64,000 bases of DNA from assembly GCA_964478945.1 (NCBI GenBank), contig CAYZJV010000008.1:2823-66822 (forward strand), in the 5' to 3' direction. A program made the position numbers and the translations under genes. Positions 18,332 to 28,651 of this stretch are shown piece after piece. Source of the stretch: an uncultured Spirochaetaceae bacterium. Its GTDB lineage: Bacteria > Spirochaetota > Spirochaetia > Sphaerochaetales > Sphaerochaetaceae. The notes under the pieces were generated by a model. It searched no databases and was not told the origin of the DNA. It was given only the letters and a program-made list of their open reading frames with translations. The number at the start of each line of letters is the position of its first letter. Position 1 is the stretch's first letter.

Positions 18332-19549
18332 ATGAGTAAGCGTACAGTATCGAAAGGTCTATTATTGTCGATCGTACTGTTGACAATAGTAGCCTTTGTC
18401 GGATGTGAGATGGCTGGCTATGACATAACAGAAATCAACTCGTTGGAAAGTAGAAAGCCAAGTGTGAAGCAGGTGGAGACCACCCCTCCCATCATTTTTG
18501 AAGGGACACAGGGTGCAGTGGTGCCGGTCGATGAGATCTTCCAGTACGAGACCCGATGGGGTTCGGATGATCCGCGTTACCGGGAATTGGCCGATCTCAA
18601 TGAAGATGGAATAGTGGATAGTTGGGAAGTGGTTGCCGAAGATGCCACCCATGCGCTCGTGGGCGAGCGTTTCATCGGGTATTACAGCCGTTCATTTGGT
18701 CTTTGGGCAGGACAAGACAACTATGCAGGTGAGGTGACCATCAGCAATGGAACAGATGGAGTGACGATTTCCGTGGATACCACGACTGCTGCCGATGTGG
18801 CCGAATACCACATCTATGCCTACACCAGTGCAGATGCTTTGCCTGACAAGCGACCTGCTCCGGGTCTGGCTCCCTATGTGTTGGAGAACGTGGATGCCGA
18901 TTCGTTCGAAGTGTTCTTGTCTTTCGAAGAGCTTGGTGGGACAGTGGACACCACGTACTATTTCATCATCCATGCAGCCTTGGTTGCAGATGGTGAGGGT
19001 GGATCCGGCACCTCATTGGCCGGGGAAACCGCGTATGCGGCGGGAGGGGATACCCCCGATTTCACCGGTAAGGGTGCGTGGTTCTATGTGGTGGGCTATA
19101 CCGCCGTTCCCTACTTTGAGCCGATCATCGAACCGCTTGGAACCTCTGATGACGATGGAGATGATGATGTTGCCGGATGGGCAAATCAAACCGCATATGC
19201 TGGGAATTCCGAGGGTAGTGGAAGCTCCTGGTGGTTCTATATAGATGCGACCGGAGCATATGATGAAAGTACGGTGCATGCGATCTATGCCGGACAGAAG
19301 CTGGTGCCGGGTGCGTCGGTCACCTATGCGAAGGAAGATGGGATACTATCGATCGAATTCGGTGATTCCATGAAACTCCAAGGTGTTGCCGAGCCCATCA
19401 AGATCCAAGGATATTCGGAACTTCCGAATAAACGTCCATCATCGGGTAGTTTCGACTACAAGTTCGATGGGGATGATGATGCAGGGAGTCTGTACATCGG
19501 GACGTGGGATTATGTAGTGGTCCATTTCGATGCACTGGTGAATATTTGA
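18332..19549 (+). CDS. Acidic lipoprotein with duplicated uncharacterised beta-rich domain and Ca-binding-like loop
   Basis: GGAGGA RBS; signal peptide ending in VAFVG-C; DLNEDGIVDSWE loop; paired internal motifs. Confidence 0.8.
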   Translation: MSKRTVSKGLLLSIVLLTIVAFVGCEMAGYDITEINSLESRKPSVKQVETTPPIIFEGTQGAVVPVDEIFQYETRWGSDDPRYRELADLNEDGIVDSWEVVAEDATHALVGERFIGYYSRSFGLWAGQDNYAGEVTISNGTDGVTISVDTTTAADVAEYHIYAYTSADALPDKRPAPGLAPYVLENVDADSFEVFLSFEELGGTVDTTYYFIIHAALVADGEGGSGTSLAGETAYAAGGDTPDFTGKGAWFYVVGYTAVPYFEPIIEPLGTSDDDGDDDVAGWANQTAYAGNSEGSGSSWWFYIDATGAYDESTVHAIYAGQKLVPGASVTYAKEDGILSIEFGDSMKLQGVAEPIKIQGYSELPNKRPSSGSFDYKFDGDDDAGSLYIGTWDYVVVHFDALVNI

Positions 19550-19576
19550 ATTGATTCGGTTTGACAATGTGTGCGA

Positions 19577-19610
19577 GGTGCCAAGTTCCCATGGGGGCTT
19601 GGCATCTTTT
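19577..19610 (+). terminator. Intrinsic terminator after the lipoprotein gene
   Basis: GGTGCCAAGTTCCC/GGGGGCTTGGCATC stem (with G-U pairs) plus TTTT. Confidence 0.7.
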
Positions 19611-19679
19611 GCAATCTGGGCGTTCTTCATATTTTATGAATGTAAATTTTTTATCAAAAATTGAAAATTTAAGAAATAA

Positions 19680-19708
19680 TTGACACCGCATCCCCACTAG
19701 TGTATATT
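19680..19708 (+). promoter_or_regulatory. sigma70 promoter of the peptide-utilisation operon
   Basis: TTGACA-17 nt-TATATT with an AT-rich UP-like region. Confidence 0.7.
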
Positions 19709-19728
19709 TATGCAAAATACTGAATCCA

Positions 19729-20946
19729 TTGGAAAGGGTTGTTATGGGTAGTGCGGACGTCGAAAGGTTCTTTGGTGATGATAAAGTAAATTTGAAGGCT
19801 TTGAAAAAGAAGGCCTATAATTTCCGTTGGGCAGAAGTGGAGGAGGATGTGATTCCCCTTACCGCCGCCGATCCCGATTTTCCTGTCGCGCCCGAAATTG
19901 TCCAGGCGATTTCGGATTATATTTCAGATGGGTACTTTTCCTATACCCCGCACACGGGTTTGCCCGAATTCAAACGATCCATTGCGAACTATCTCAATAA
20001 CAAGAAGGATGAGCATGTGGATGCCGAATTGGTGCTTCCCATCGATAGTGCCGCACGGGGAATGTACATCATCACCAAGACTGTGCTTGCACCGGGTGAC
20101 GAGGTCATCATCTTCGATCCTGTCGACTATCTGTTCAGGGAAGCGGTGCTTGCCGCAGGTGCTGTTCCAGTGCTTTTTCCCGCAAGGGTCACCGAAGCGG
20201 AGAGAATTGATCTTTCCGGTTTGGAAGACTACATCACTCCAAAAACGAAGATGTTGGGACTGTGCAATCCCCACAATCCTCTTGGTTTGGTCTATTCGGT
20301 GAATGATTTGTCACATATGCTTGCGCTTGCAAATAGACACGATCTTTGGATTCTAAATGATGAGATCTGGTCCGATATCGTCTATTCGGAGCGTAGATTC
20401 ACCAGTATCCTCTCATTGGGAAAAGAATTGAATAAAAAGACCCTTTCCGTATTCGGGTTCTCCAAGAGCTTTGGGGTAGCCGGGTTGAGGGCAGGTTGTC
20501 TGTATGCAAACGATGCGAAGGTGTTCGAATCGTTGCTTGAGACTGCGGAGGTAAGGACCACAGCCGGAGGGATCACCAGTCTGTCCCAGATGGCAGGCAT
20601 GGCTTGTCTCGATTCATGTGGATATTGGGTAAGCGCCTTTCTGGAGCATCTGGAAGCGAATCGCGACTACGCCTATGAGCGTATCTGTGCAATGCCGAAC
20701 ATCACCTGTCGCAAGCCTCAGGCTACTTATCTCATGTTCATCGACATCTCCGAAACGGGTTTGGATTCGCAGACCTTCGCCAATAGACTGAAGGAAGAGG
20801 GCAAGTTGGCCTTGGTTCCAGGTACCCCACGATTCTTTGGTCCCGGTGCGGAGGGTCATGTACGGATGTGTATCGCCACATCAAGAAAGATACTCACCGA
20901 AGCTCTCGATAGATTGGAGACTTGGTTGGAACAGAATTTTACTTGA
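19729..20946 (+). CDS. PLP enzyme, MalY/PatB-like (C-S lyase or aminotransferase class I/II)
   Basis: DVIPLTAADPDF, LCNPHNPLG, DEIW, SKSFGVAGLR, ATYLMFID. Start is TTG 19729 or ATG 19744. Confidence 0.85.
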   Translation: MERVVMGSADVERFFGDDKVNLKALKKKAYNFRWAEVEEDVIPLTAADPDFPVAPEIVQAISDYISDGYFSYTPHTGLPEFKRSIANYLNNKKDEHVDAELVLPIDSAARGMYIITKTVLAPGDEVIIFDPVDYLFREAVLAAGAVPVLFPARVTEAERIDLSGLEDYITPKTKMLGLCNPHNPLGLVYSVNDLSHMLALANRHDLWILNDEIWSDIVYSERRFTSILSLGKELNKKTLSVFGFSKSFGVAGLRAGCLYANDAKVFESLLETAEVRTTAGGITSLSQMAGMACLDSCGYWVSAFLEHLEANRDYAYERICAMPNITCRKPQATYLMFIDISETGLDSQTFANRLKEEGKLALVPGTPRFFGPGAEGHVRMCIATSRKILTEALDRLETWLEQNFT

Positions 20947-21022
20947 AGGTCGTTTGTGAGAATTTTGGCATGGAGCGTAATGGATCATGCACAAAATAGA
21001 GAAATTTCATGGAGGAAAGCAA

Positions 21023-22729
21023 ATGAAAGGATCAAGAGTGCTCATGTTACTGGCGATCGTCTCACTGTTGGTTCTCCCGGCACAATTGTTCGCCGGTGGA
21101 AGCAGTGAGGCGGCCGATGCCGGCACACAGTCAAGCGGTCCGATTATCGTCGGAAGCAACAGTGCGCCGAGAACATTGAATCCGTTGTACTTCCCGAGTC
21201 GACAGGATTCGATCGTCACCAATCTCATCTTCGACAATTTCGTTGAACCCGACAAGGAGGGTATGATCGTTGGTGGTTTGGCCGAATCCTTTTCCATCGC
21301 GGATGATGGTGTCACCTACACCTTCAATCTTGCCAAAGGGGTGACCTGGCATGATGGTGAAAAGTTCGACGGAGATGATGTCGTGGCTACGTTTGAAATG
21401 CTTGCCCATCCCGATTATAGTGGTGGTGTGGACCGAGTCGGTCAGATCGTGGGAGTTGATGAATTCAAGGCCGACCCCTCGGTCGGTATCTCGGGAATCA
21501 AACTCAGTGCCGATAAAATGACCGTGACCATTACCATCAAGAGTCCGTCGGCGACTTTCCTTCCTGGATTGTATTTCCAGATCCTGCCCGAGCATCATAT
21601 CAAGGATATCGACTTGGTTGAGCTCGAGAAGGCCGCCTTCAATTCCAATCCGGTGGGAACCGGGCCCTTCAAATTCAAGGAGTGGAAGGTCGGCAATTCG
21701 ATCACTGTCGAAAAGAATGCCGATTATTGGAAGGGTGAACCCAAGGTCGACAGCATTATCGTCAAGTTCGGGGAACTTGTTGCATTGACCACCCAATTGC
21801 AGAGGGGTGAGATCGATATGCTCGAGGTTGAGGAAGAGGGGTACAACACCTTTGTCAACGATCCGAACTTTGTGCTCTACACCTATCCTATGTTGAGTGT
21901 GGATTATGTTGGTTTCCGTACCGGCCCAGGCCGTGCCGAAGACACCAAGGGGTATGCTCCCGTCTACAGTAGGAATATTCGACAAGCGCTCGCCTATGCC
22001 ACCAACAAGGAGGCTTTGGTTGATGGTGCCTACGGTGTGATGGGTTATGAGCATGATTCGATTTTCCCGAAGCACTCGCTCGGCGATAGCCCCAACGACA
22101 ATCCCTATACCTATAATGTTGCCAAAGCCAAATCCCTCATCGAAGGCGAAGGTTATGTGATGAACAAGGCAACCGGGATCTATGAGAAGAATGGGAAGCC
22201 GTTGAGGATCGAGATGTACTATGCCGAATCCAGTGCGGCCCAGGCTGCAATCTTCAAGGAGCAGTGGAAGGCAGCAGGTGTAGATCTCAACTTGAAGCTG
22301 GTGGATTTCGGTGCTCTCATCGATGTCTTGCTGAGAAAGAGCGATGCGAACGGCAATTTGGCCGGTACCCCCGGTTTCGACCAGTCGACTTCCGCAACCG
22401 ACTCGAATTTCGAGACCTATCTTCTTGGCTTCGCCCAGGAATCCGATCCGCAGGAATACGCCCAGTATTTCGTGGATGATCCCTTCTGGAACTTCTATCA
22501 TTATGATAATGCGGATGTGCGCAAGTGGTTCGCAGAACAAGAGGTTGCAACCGACCAGACCGAAAGGATGGAGATTCTCCACAAGATTTCGGAGCAGATC
22601 ACCGAAGATCTTCCCTGGTTCACCTATGCCGGAAAGAACGAGACCATCGTTGCTGGAAAGAATGTCGGTGGATTGGATCCCGATACCCGTGGGTACACGT
22701 TGAATGCCCACCAGTGGTATCTGAAGTAA
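21023..22729 (+). CDS. Peptide ABC transporter substrate-binding protein (family 5, OppA/DppA-like)
   Basis: Signal peptide, LAESFSI..DGVTYTFNL..GVTWHDG, PVGTGPFK, NADYW. Confidence 0.93.
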   Translation: MKGSRVLMLLAIVSLLVLPAQLFAGGSSEAADAGTQSSGPIIVGSNSAPRTLNPLYFPSRQDSIVTNLIFDNFVEPDKEGMIVGGLAESFSIADDGVTYTFNLAKGVTWHDGEKFDGDDVVATFEMLAHPDYSGGVDRVGQIVGVDEFKADPSVGISGIKLSADKMTVTITIKSPSATFLPGLYFQILPEHHIKDIDLVELEKAAFNSNPVGTGPFKFKEWKVGNSITVEKNADYWKGEPKVDSIIVKFGELVALTTQLQRGEIDMLEVEEEGYNTFVNDPNFVLYTYPMLSVDYVGFRTGPGRAEDTKGYAPVYSRNIRQALAYATNKEALVDGAYGVMGYEHDSIFPKHSLGDSPNDNPYTYNVAKAKSLIEGEGYVMNKATGIYEKNGKPLRIEMYYAESSAAQAAIFKEQWKAAGVDLNLKLVDFGALIDVLLRKSDANGNLAGTPGFDQSTSATDSNFETYLLGFAQESDPQEYAQYFVDDPFWNFYHYDNADVRKWFAEQEVATDQTERMEILHKISEQITEDLPWFTYAGKNETIVAGKNVGGLDPDTRGYTLNAHQWYLK

Positions 22730-22743
22730 TTTGAATCATTTTG

Positions 22744-22769
22744 CCGCGACAACTTGCAAGTTGTCGCGG
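22744..22769. repeat. Perfect 26-bp palindrome after the SBP gene
   Basis: CCGCGACAACTTGCAAGTTGTCGCGG is its own reverse complement; no T-run follows. Confidence 0.9.
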
Positions 22770-22786
22770 TACCTTGGAACCGATAT

Positions 22787-24070
22787 ATGGGCGAATCTAC
22801 GACAACATTGGACATACTCAAGGACCTCATACGTATCGATACCCAGAATCCACCTGGAAATGAACATGCCCTTGTGGCATACCTGCATGCATGGTGTGAA
22901 CGCTTGGATTTGGATCATACCGTCTATTCCTATGGGGAGGGGCGGGACAACATCCTCATCAGGATGGGGAAGCCCAAAGGTCGGAATCTTGTGGTGTTGG
23001 GACATATGGATGTAGTGGTCGCCGATCCTGAATCATGGTGCAGTCCTCCCTTCGCCGGTGAGGTGAAGGATGGATATCTCTACGGTCGTGGCACTTTGGA
23101 TATGAAGTACTTCATCGCCGCTTCCCTATCGACCATGGAGACCTTGAAGCAATTGGAGTCATTGTTGGACAGACAAGTGGTGTTTCTCTTCACAGCCGAT
23201 GAGGAGACCGGAAGTGCTTTCGGATTGCCACGGGTGCTGGAAGAACCGGGGGTTGCCGAACTGCTCGCCGATTCCGTGGTTCTGAATGAAGGTGGTGGCT
23301 TTGCCCTTTTCAAGGATGGTTCATGCCATTACCTGTATGAGACCGGACAGAAATCCGTGGGAAGGCTTAGGGTCTCTGTTCGTCGTCTTGCCGATTCGAA
23401 TCCGTATTTCCCATCGATGGAACACGAAAGGATCATGGTTGAAGTCATCGATCGTCTTCAAGGATTGCAAATCGATACGTCAATTCCCGATACGGTGGTG
23501 TCCTTGAGAAAAGCCTTCATGGACCATTCCTGCGGCGACTCGAAGTTGAATCGACTGATAGACACCATGTCCTCCTCGATGGTCACAGCCACCATGGTGG
23601 AGGGAGGGTCCCGCAACCTGAAGTTGGCCGATGATGTGAAGGTCCAGATCGATTTCGATTGTCGCTTGCTGCCCAATGTGGAGAAATCCGAGTTCGAAAA
23701 AAAGATCGAAACGGCTTTGTCGGGATTGCCTGTGACGCATGAGCTGCTGAGGTTTTCCCCAGGGTATGAGGCTCGCATCGATGATGCACTGGTCGAACTG
23801 CTTACCGGTGTGCTGCGCCGACATGAACCGGAGGTTGACAAGTTGTTGCCGTTCATCACCCCTGGATCCAATGATGGCAAGTACCTTCGTTCCCTGGGTT
23901 GCGATGTGGTCGGTTTCGCTCCATTGGCGAAAAACCAAACCTTCACCGATATCATGCCGCTCATACATGGTGTGGATGAAAGGATATCGCTTGAATCCAT
24001 CGAATTCTGTGCACTTGTGTTGCGCGATGTGTGCATCGAATACCTTACAGGAGATTCCTATCATGGGTAA
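22787..24070 (+). CDS. M20/M25/M40 family metallopeptidase/amidohydrolase
   Basis: GHMDVV, GRGTLDMK, ADEE, NEGGG and HGVDERI: all metal ligands present. Confidence 0.9.
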   Translation: MGESTTTLDILKDLIRIDTQNPPGNEHALVAYLHAWCERLDLDHTVYSYGEGRDNILIRMGKPKGRNLVVLGHMDVVVADPESWCSPPFAGEVKDGYLYGRGTLDMKYFIAASLSTMETLKQLESLLDRQVVFLFTADEETGSAFGLPRVLEEPGVAELLADSVVLNEGGGFALFKDGSCHYLYETGQKSVGRLRVSVRRLADSNPYFPSMEHERIMVEVIDRLQGLQIDTSIPDTVVSLRKAFMDHSCGDSKLNRLIDTMSSSMVTATMVEGGSRNLKLADDVKVQIDFDCRLLPNVEKSEFEKKIETALSGLPVTHELLRFSPGYEARIDDALVELLTGVLRRHEPEVDKLLPFITPGSNDGKYLRSLGCDVVGFAPLAKNQTFTDIMPLIHGVDERISLESIEFCALVLRDVCIEYLTGDSYHG

Positions 24071-25232
24071 TCTGGAAAAAATTGGCCAGCTGGAGGAACA
24101 GTTGCGTATCCATGGAATCGATTCGCTGCTTGTACTTTCGCGTGAAGATTCCGATTCCGTGCTCCCTTTGTTGCTTCCGGTACATGTGGTGGCTCAAACA
24201 GCGATTTGGTTTCGTGCGGACGGTGCACATGTGGTGCTTACCGGAAGCACGGATGCCAACATGTACAGGGAATTCGGCATATTCGAAATAATCGTATGTA
24301 AGGATGATTTTCAAACGGAACTTGCACGTCTTTTCGAGCGCTTGGATCCCAAATCCCTGGCATTGAACATATCGGAGACGGATCATCTGGTCGATGGGCT
24401 TACCGTTGGACAATACCAACTGCTGGAGGATGCCGTTGGAGCTGACCGTCTATCGCGTCTGGAGCGTTCTTCCGAACCCATGGTATCCCATATCAGGAGC
24501 ATCAAGACCGACTACGAATTGCAATGCATACGTACCGCGGTTGAAAAGACCTGTGCCATCTACGACGAGGTCGTCGACAACATCGCTGTGGGCATGAGTG
24601 AAACGGAGATCGGAGATCTGTTTGTCGAGGGAATGCGTCGCCACCACGTGGTGAATGCGTTTGGATCTCCGTACAGCTATCCCCTGGTGTGTATCGTGAG
24701 ATGCGGTCTTGCGCATAGGGAACCGAATCCGAACAATGTCCTGAAACCCAATGATATACTTGTTTGTGATTTCAGTGTAAGTCACAAAGGTTACTGTTCA
24801 GATATCGCTCGCAGCTTTTATGTGCTTGGATCGGGAGATGGCGAAGTCCCCCATGATGTGGCACGTGCGTTCGAAACCACAGTACAGGCGGTCTCCGCTG
24901 TGATTGATGGCATACAGGTGAACATGACCGGTTGTGAAGTCGACGCCCTTGGGAGAGTGATCATCGAAGAAGCCGGCTACCCTACGATCCGACATTCGGT
25001 GGGACATCAGTTGGGAATGAGGGTGCATGATGGAGGTTTGGTCTTGGGTCCCGCTTCACATCCCTCCTCCAGCGGTAAGGTGCAGGTGGGACAAGTGTTT
25101 GCAATCGAACCCACGGTGATCCAAGATGATCAATTGCCAAGCTTCATAGTTGAGGAGGATATCGTGGTCCACGAGGGATCGGTGGAAATTCTCAGTAGGC
25201 GGCAACAGTCGTTGTACCTCATACGGAGCTGA
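24063..25232 (+). CDS. M24 Xaa-Pro peptidase family protein
   Basis: DFSV..GYCSDIAR, HSVGHQLG..VHD, AIEP, VEED. Confidence 0.9.
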   Translation: MGNLEKIGQLEEQLRIHGIDSLLVLSREDSDSVLPLLLPVHVVAQTAIWFRADGAHVVLTGSTDANMYREFGIFEIIVCKDDFQTELARLFERLDPKSLALNISETDHLVDGLTVGQYQLLEDAVGADRLSRLERSSEPMVSHIRSIKTDYELQCIRTAVEKTCAIYDEVVDNIAVGMSETEIGDLFVEGMRRHHVVNAFGSPYSYPLVCIVRCGLAHREPNPNNVLKPNDILVCDFSVSHKGYCSDIARSFYVLGSGDGEVPHDVARAFETTVQAVSAVIDGIQVNMTGCEVDALGRVIIEEAGYPTIRHSVGHQLGMRVHDGGLVLGPASHPSSSGKVQVGQVFAIEPTVIQDDQLPSFIVEEDIVVHEGSVEILSRRQQSLYLIRS

Positions 25233-25236
25233 GCCG

Positions 25237-26484
25237 ATGAAGTATTCTGAAGCCGAGATGCTCGATCTGTTCACTTCCATGGTCAAGATCGATACCACCA
25301 ATCCCGGAAGGGATGAACGTCCTTTGGTTGATTTCATCGGTTCCATTCTGGACTCCCATGGGATTGGGTATGAAGTGGTCGAACCAATGCCCGGTAGGGC
25401 GAATATTGTCGCAAGAATCGGGGCTTCTGCAGGACGTCCTGTCGCTTTGATAAGTCATCTCGATGTGGTTGGGTGTGAGCACCAAAAATGGACCCATCCT
25501 CCATTCTCGGCCACCGAGGCGGATGGTTTGATTTATGGCAGGGGTACCTTGGATACCAAATACCTCACCGCGATGCAGCTGATCGCTTTTTTGGAATGTG
25601 CCGATCTCGATTTGCCTTTTCCCCTGTACTTTATCGCCACAGCCGATGAGGAACAAGGAAGCACCCATGGCATGCCACGAGTGGTCGAGGCATTCGGGGA
25701 GGAATTGAAATATGCTCGGACAATCAATGAAGGTGGTGGCTTCTTCATTCAAAATGGAGGTGAGGCATACTATCTGTGCACCGTGGGAGAGAAGGGGCGT
25801 TGTGATGTCTCTGTTGCCATAGAAGGAGCAAGCGGTCCTGCTTCGTTCAAAACCGAAGGGAAAGCGGTGGATATGTTCTCCGCACTCGTCAAGCGTATGG
25901 CCGAGTACGAGTTTCCGATGGTAAAGACCCGTACCTTCCGAAGATTCGATGAGGTGGTGGGGAACCTGTTCGACAATCGCTTCTTGGAGAAATTCGCCTG
26001 GTACAACAGTCATGATGCCTTCATCCTCAAGGAGTATGGCATAGGGAAGCAAGTAAACGTGCTGCCCCATTCCATACGATTCGATTTCTCACTGCAACTG
26101 TTGCCTGGGAGGTCTTTCGAGGATGCGGTTGGAATATTGGACGGGATCTTTGCTGATATGGAAAATGTTTCGTACACCATAAAGGAGTTTCTTCCCGGTT
26201 TCGAAAGCAGTTGTGATAGTGATTTCTATCGTACCATGGAGACGCTCGCAAGAGAGTACTACCATTGTGAGGCTCTGGTGCCAGTGTATGCGCTGGGGAG
26301 GACGGATGGTAGGTTCCTGGGACCTTTGCCGGCCGATGTGTATGGGTTTTCACCTGTGACGAAGACAATTCCCTTTGAAAAGGTGCTCACTCTGGTACAT
26401 CAGGTCGACGAACATATTGATCGTGACTCGGTACCGACGGGTGTTCGTTTTTTGATAGAACTGATCAAAAGATCGGGGAGCTGA
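25237..26484 (+). CDS. M20/M25/M40 family metallopeptidase/amidohydrolase (second paralog)
   Basis: SHLDVV, GRGTLDTK, ADEE, NEGGG, HQVDEHI. Confidence 0.9.
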   Translation: MKYSEAEMLDLFTSMVKIDTTNPGRDERPLVDFIGSILDSHGIGYEVVEPMPGRANIVARIGASAGRPVALISHLDVVGCEHQKWTHPPFSATEADGLIYGRGTLDTKYLTAMQLIAFLECADLDLPFPLYFIATADEEQGSTHGMPRVVEAFGEELKYARTINEGGGFFIQNGGEAYYLCTVGEKGRCDVSVAIEGASGPASFKTEGKAVDMFSALVKRMAEYEFPMVKTRTFRRFDEVVGNLFDNRFLEKFAWYNSHDAFILKEYGIGKQVNVLPHSIRFDFSLQLLPGRSFEDAVGILDGIFADMENVSYTIKEFLPGFESSCDSDFYRTMETLAREYYHCEALVPVYALGRTDGRFLGPLPADVYGFSPVTKTIPFEKVLTLVHQVDEHIDRDSVPTGVRFLIELIKRSGS

Positions 26485-26488
26485 ATAA

Positions 26489-27664
26489 ATGGGTAGTCCA
26501 CATGTATTGAATAGGGAAAAATTGGATCAAGCCAAGCAGTATCTGGTTCAAGAGGGTATCGATTGTTGGCTCATCAAGACCAGGGAGGGAAGCGACCCCT
26601 GCATGCCTCTGATATTTGGCCTGGGTATCGTGGGGGATGCGCTGCTTGTCGTCACACAGAGGGAAACCCTTGCGATCACAAGTGTGATCGATGCGCAGGA
26701 TGTTCGCGAGAGCGGATTGTTCGATGAGGTGATCACCTACTCGCCATCCGGGTTCGAAGAAATGGTCGGAATGGTAATCGGGAGGATCGATCCAAAGAGG
26801 ATCGCGATCAACTGTTCCAAGGAGAACCACCTTTCCGATGGTTTGACCGTAGGTAGCTACCGCGCCTTGAAAAGAATGCTTGGTCCCTATGCCGAAAGAT
26901 TGGAATCCAGTGAATCATTTTTGCAGCGGTTGCGAAGCATCAAGTCACTGCAAGAAATTGCCTATATACAAAAGGCCATCGACATCACGTTGGAGATTTA
27001 TGATGAGGTGTTCGCCAAGGTGAAAAAAGGGATGACTGAAATCGAGATCGGGCAACTGTTCGTTGACGGTATGGTCAAGAGGAACGTGGTGAATGGGATA
27101 AGCCGGAAGTTGACACCCCCGATCGTAATGAACCACAATATCGCTCACAGACCTCCAGGAGATTCGGTGCTGAAGGAGGGGGATTACCTGATTTTCGACT
27201 TTTCGGTCGACTATATGGGGTACTGTTCCGATATCGCCAGAACCTGTTATGTGCTGCGTGAAGGTGAAACCGAAGCTTCCGCGCCGATGCGCAGGGCGTT
27301 CGAGACGATTTATGAAGCGATCGACAGGGCTGTGGCGGCACTTGTTCCCGGTGCGATCGGCAAGGATGTGGACCATGCGGCCCGACAGCACATACTGGAT
27401 GCGGGGTATCAGGAAATATTCCATGCGGTGGGACATCAGGTCGGTAGGGATGTGCATGATGGAGGTACGTTGTTGGGACCGGTGAAGGATCGTTATCGAA
27501 AGGCTGCATTGGGAACGATTGAAGAGGGAATGGTGTTTGCCATAGAACCTACGATACTGTATGAGGAGGGTCCTGCGATCATTTCCGAGGAGAACGTTCT
27601 GGTCACTTCCGATGGCGCCAGATTTCTCAGTAAACGACAAGAGTCGCTTGTTTTGATACATTGA
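26489..27664 (+). CDS. M24 Xaa-Pro peptidase family protein (second paralog)
   Basis: DFSVDYMGYCSDIAR, HAVGHQVG..VHD, AIEP, SEEN. Confidence 0.9.
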   Translation: MGSPHVLNREKLDQAKQYLVQEGIDCWLIKTREGSDPCMPLIFGLGIVGDALLVVTQRETLAITSVIDAQDVRESGLFDEVITYSPSGFEEMVGMVIGRIDPKRIAINCSKENHLSDGLTVGSYRALKRMLGPYAERLESSESFLQRLRSIKSLQEIAYIQKAIDITLEIYDEVFAKVKKGMTEIEIGQLFVDGMVKRNVVNGISRKLTPPIVMNHNIAHRPPGDSVLKEGDYLIFDFSVDYMGYCSDIARTCYVLREGETEASAPMRRAFETIYEAIDRAVAALVPGAIGKDVDHAARQHILDAGYQEIFHAVGHQVGRDVHDGGTLLGPVKDRYRKAALGTIEEGMVFAIEPTILYEEGPAIISEENVLVTSDGARFLSKRQESLVLIH

Positions 27665-27678
27665 TGGAGTAATATGCG

Positions 27679-28638
27679 ATGTTGAAGTATATCTACAAAC
27701 GTTTGTTGGTCTCGATACCTGTGATCATAGGCATTACCATCCTGTCCTTTCTGATCATGAAACTGGCCCCCGGTGATCCGTTGGCGAATTTCATCAATCC
27801 TTCCATCAGCATGGAGGATTTGGAGAAGTCGCGTCAGGCTTTGGGACTGAATGATCCTGTCCATATCCAATATTTCAAATGGATTGGAGAAGTGCTGAAA
27901 GGAAATTTCGGTTATACCTACAGTGGCAACCATTCCATCAGTGGACTTATCATGGAAAGGTTGCCGAATACCGTGATCCTCACCATGTCGGCCTTCGTGC
28001 TGAGTTTTGTTGTCGGGATTCCGGTTGGCGTGATGGGTGCGGTGAAGAAGAACACCAGGGTCGATTATGGACTGACGCTATTCTCCCTATTCGGAGTAGC
28101 CATTCCTTCGTTCTTCTTTGGGCTTTTGGTGATCTACGTCTTCTCCTTGATCCTGGGAATATTCCCTTCCGGAGGAATGGTGAATATTCGGGCCGGGTAT
28201 ACCGGGTTTGCCTATTTCACCGACGTGATCCATCATCTGGTGCTTCCTGCGATCGTGCTGTCGTTGGGCAATATCGCATCCGTATCCAGATTCACCCGCT
28301 CGAATATGGTCGATGTGTTGAAGGAGGATTATATCAGGACAGCGAAAGCCAAGGGGCTGAAGCATAAGGCCATCGTGTACAAGCATGCCTTGCGCAACGC
28401 ATTGATTCCCGTGGTCACCATTTTCGGATTGTCGATTCCCTTTTTGTTCAGTGGGGCCTACATCACCGAGAGTATCTTCAACTGGCCGGGAATGGGGCAA
28501 TTGGGTATCCGTGCGATACAGGACCGCGAGTACGGTATCATCATGGCGTTGAATTTGATCACCGCCACATTGGTCCTTATGGGTAATCTGATCTCCGATA
28601 TCCTCTATGCGATCGTCGATCCTAGGATTCGGCACTAA
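27679..28638 (+). CDS. Peptide ABC transporter permease (OppB/DppB-like)
   Basis: LAPGDP and EDYIRTAKAKGL..HALRNA (EAA loop); ends in DPRIR. Confidence 0.93.
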   Translation: MLKYIYKRLLVSIPVIIGITILSFLIMKLAPGDPLANFINPSISMEDLEKSRQALGLNDPVHIQYFKWIGEVLKGNFGYTYSGNHSISGLIMERLPNTVILTMSAFVLSFVVGIPVGVMGAVKKNTRVDYGLTLFSLFGVAIPSFFFGLLVIYVFSLILGIFPSGGMVNIRAGYTGFAYFTDVIHHLVLPAIVLSLGNIASVSRFTRSNMVDVLKEDYIRTAKAKGLKHKAIVYKHALRNALIPVVTIFGLSIPFLFSGAYITESIFNWPGMGQLGIRAIQDREYGIIMALNLITATLVLMGNLISDILYAIVDPRIRH

Positions 28639-28651
28639 GAAGGGTTTGGTC

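Noticed and set aside
21131-22711. 526-aa minus-strand ORF (likewise 15972-17021, 42135-43340, 57113-58267, 5723-6766)
   Set aside because: Antisense shadows of well-supported genes.
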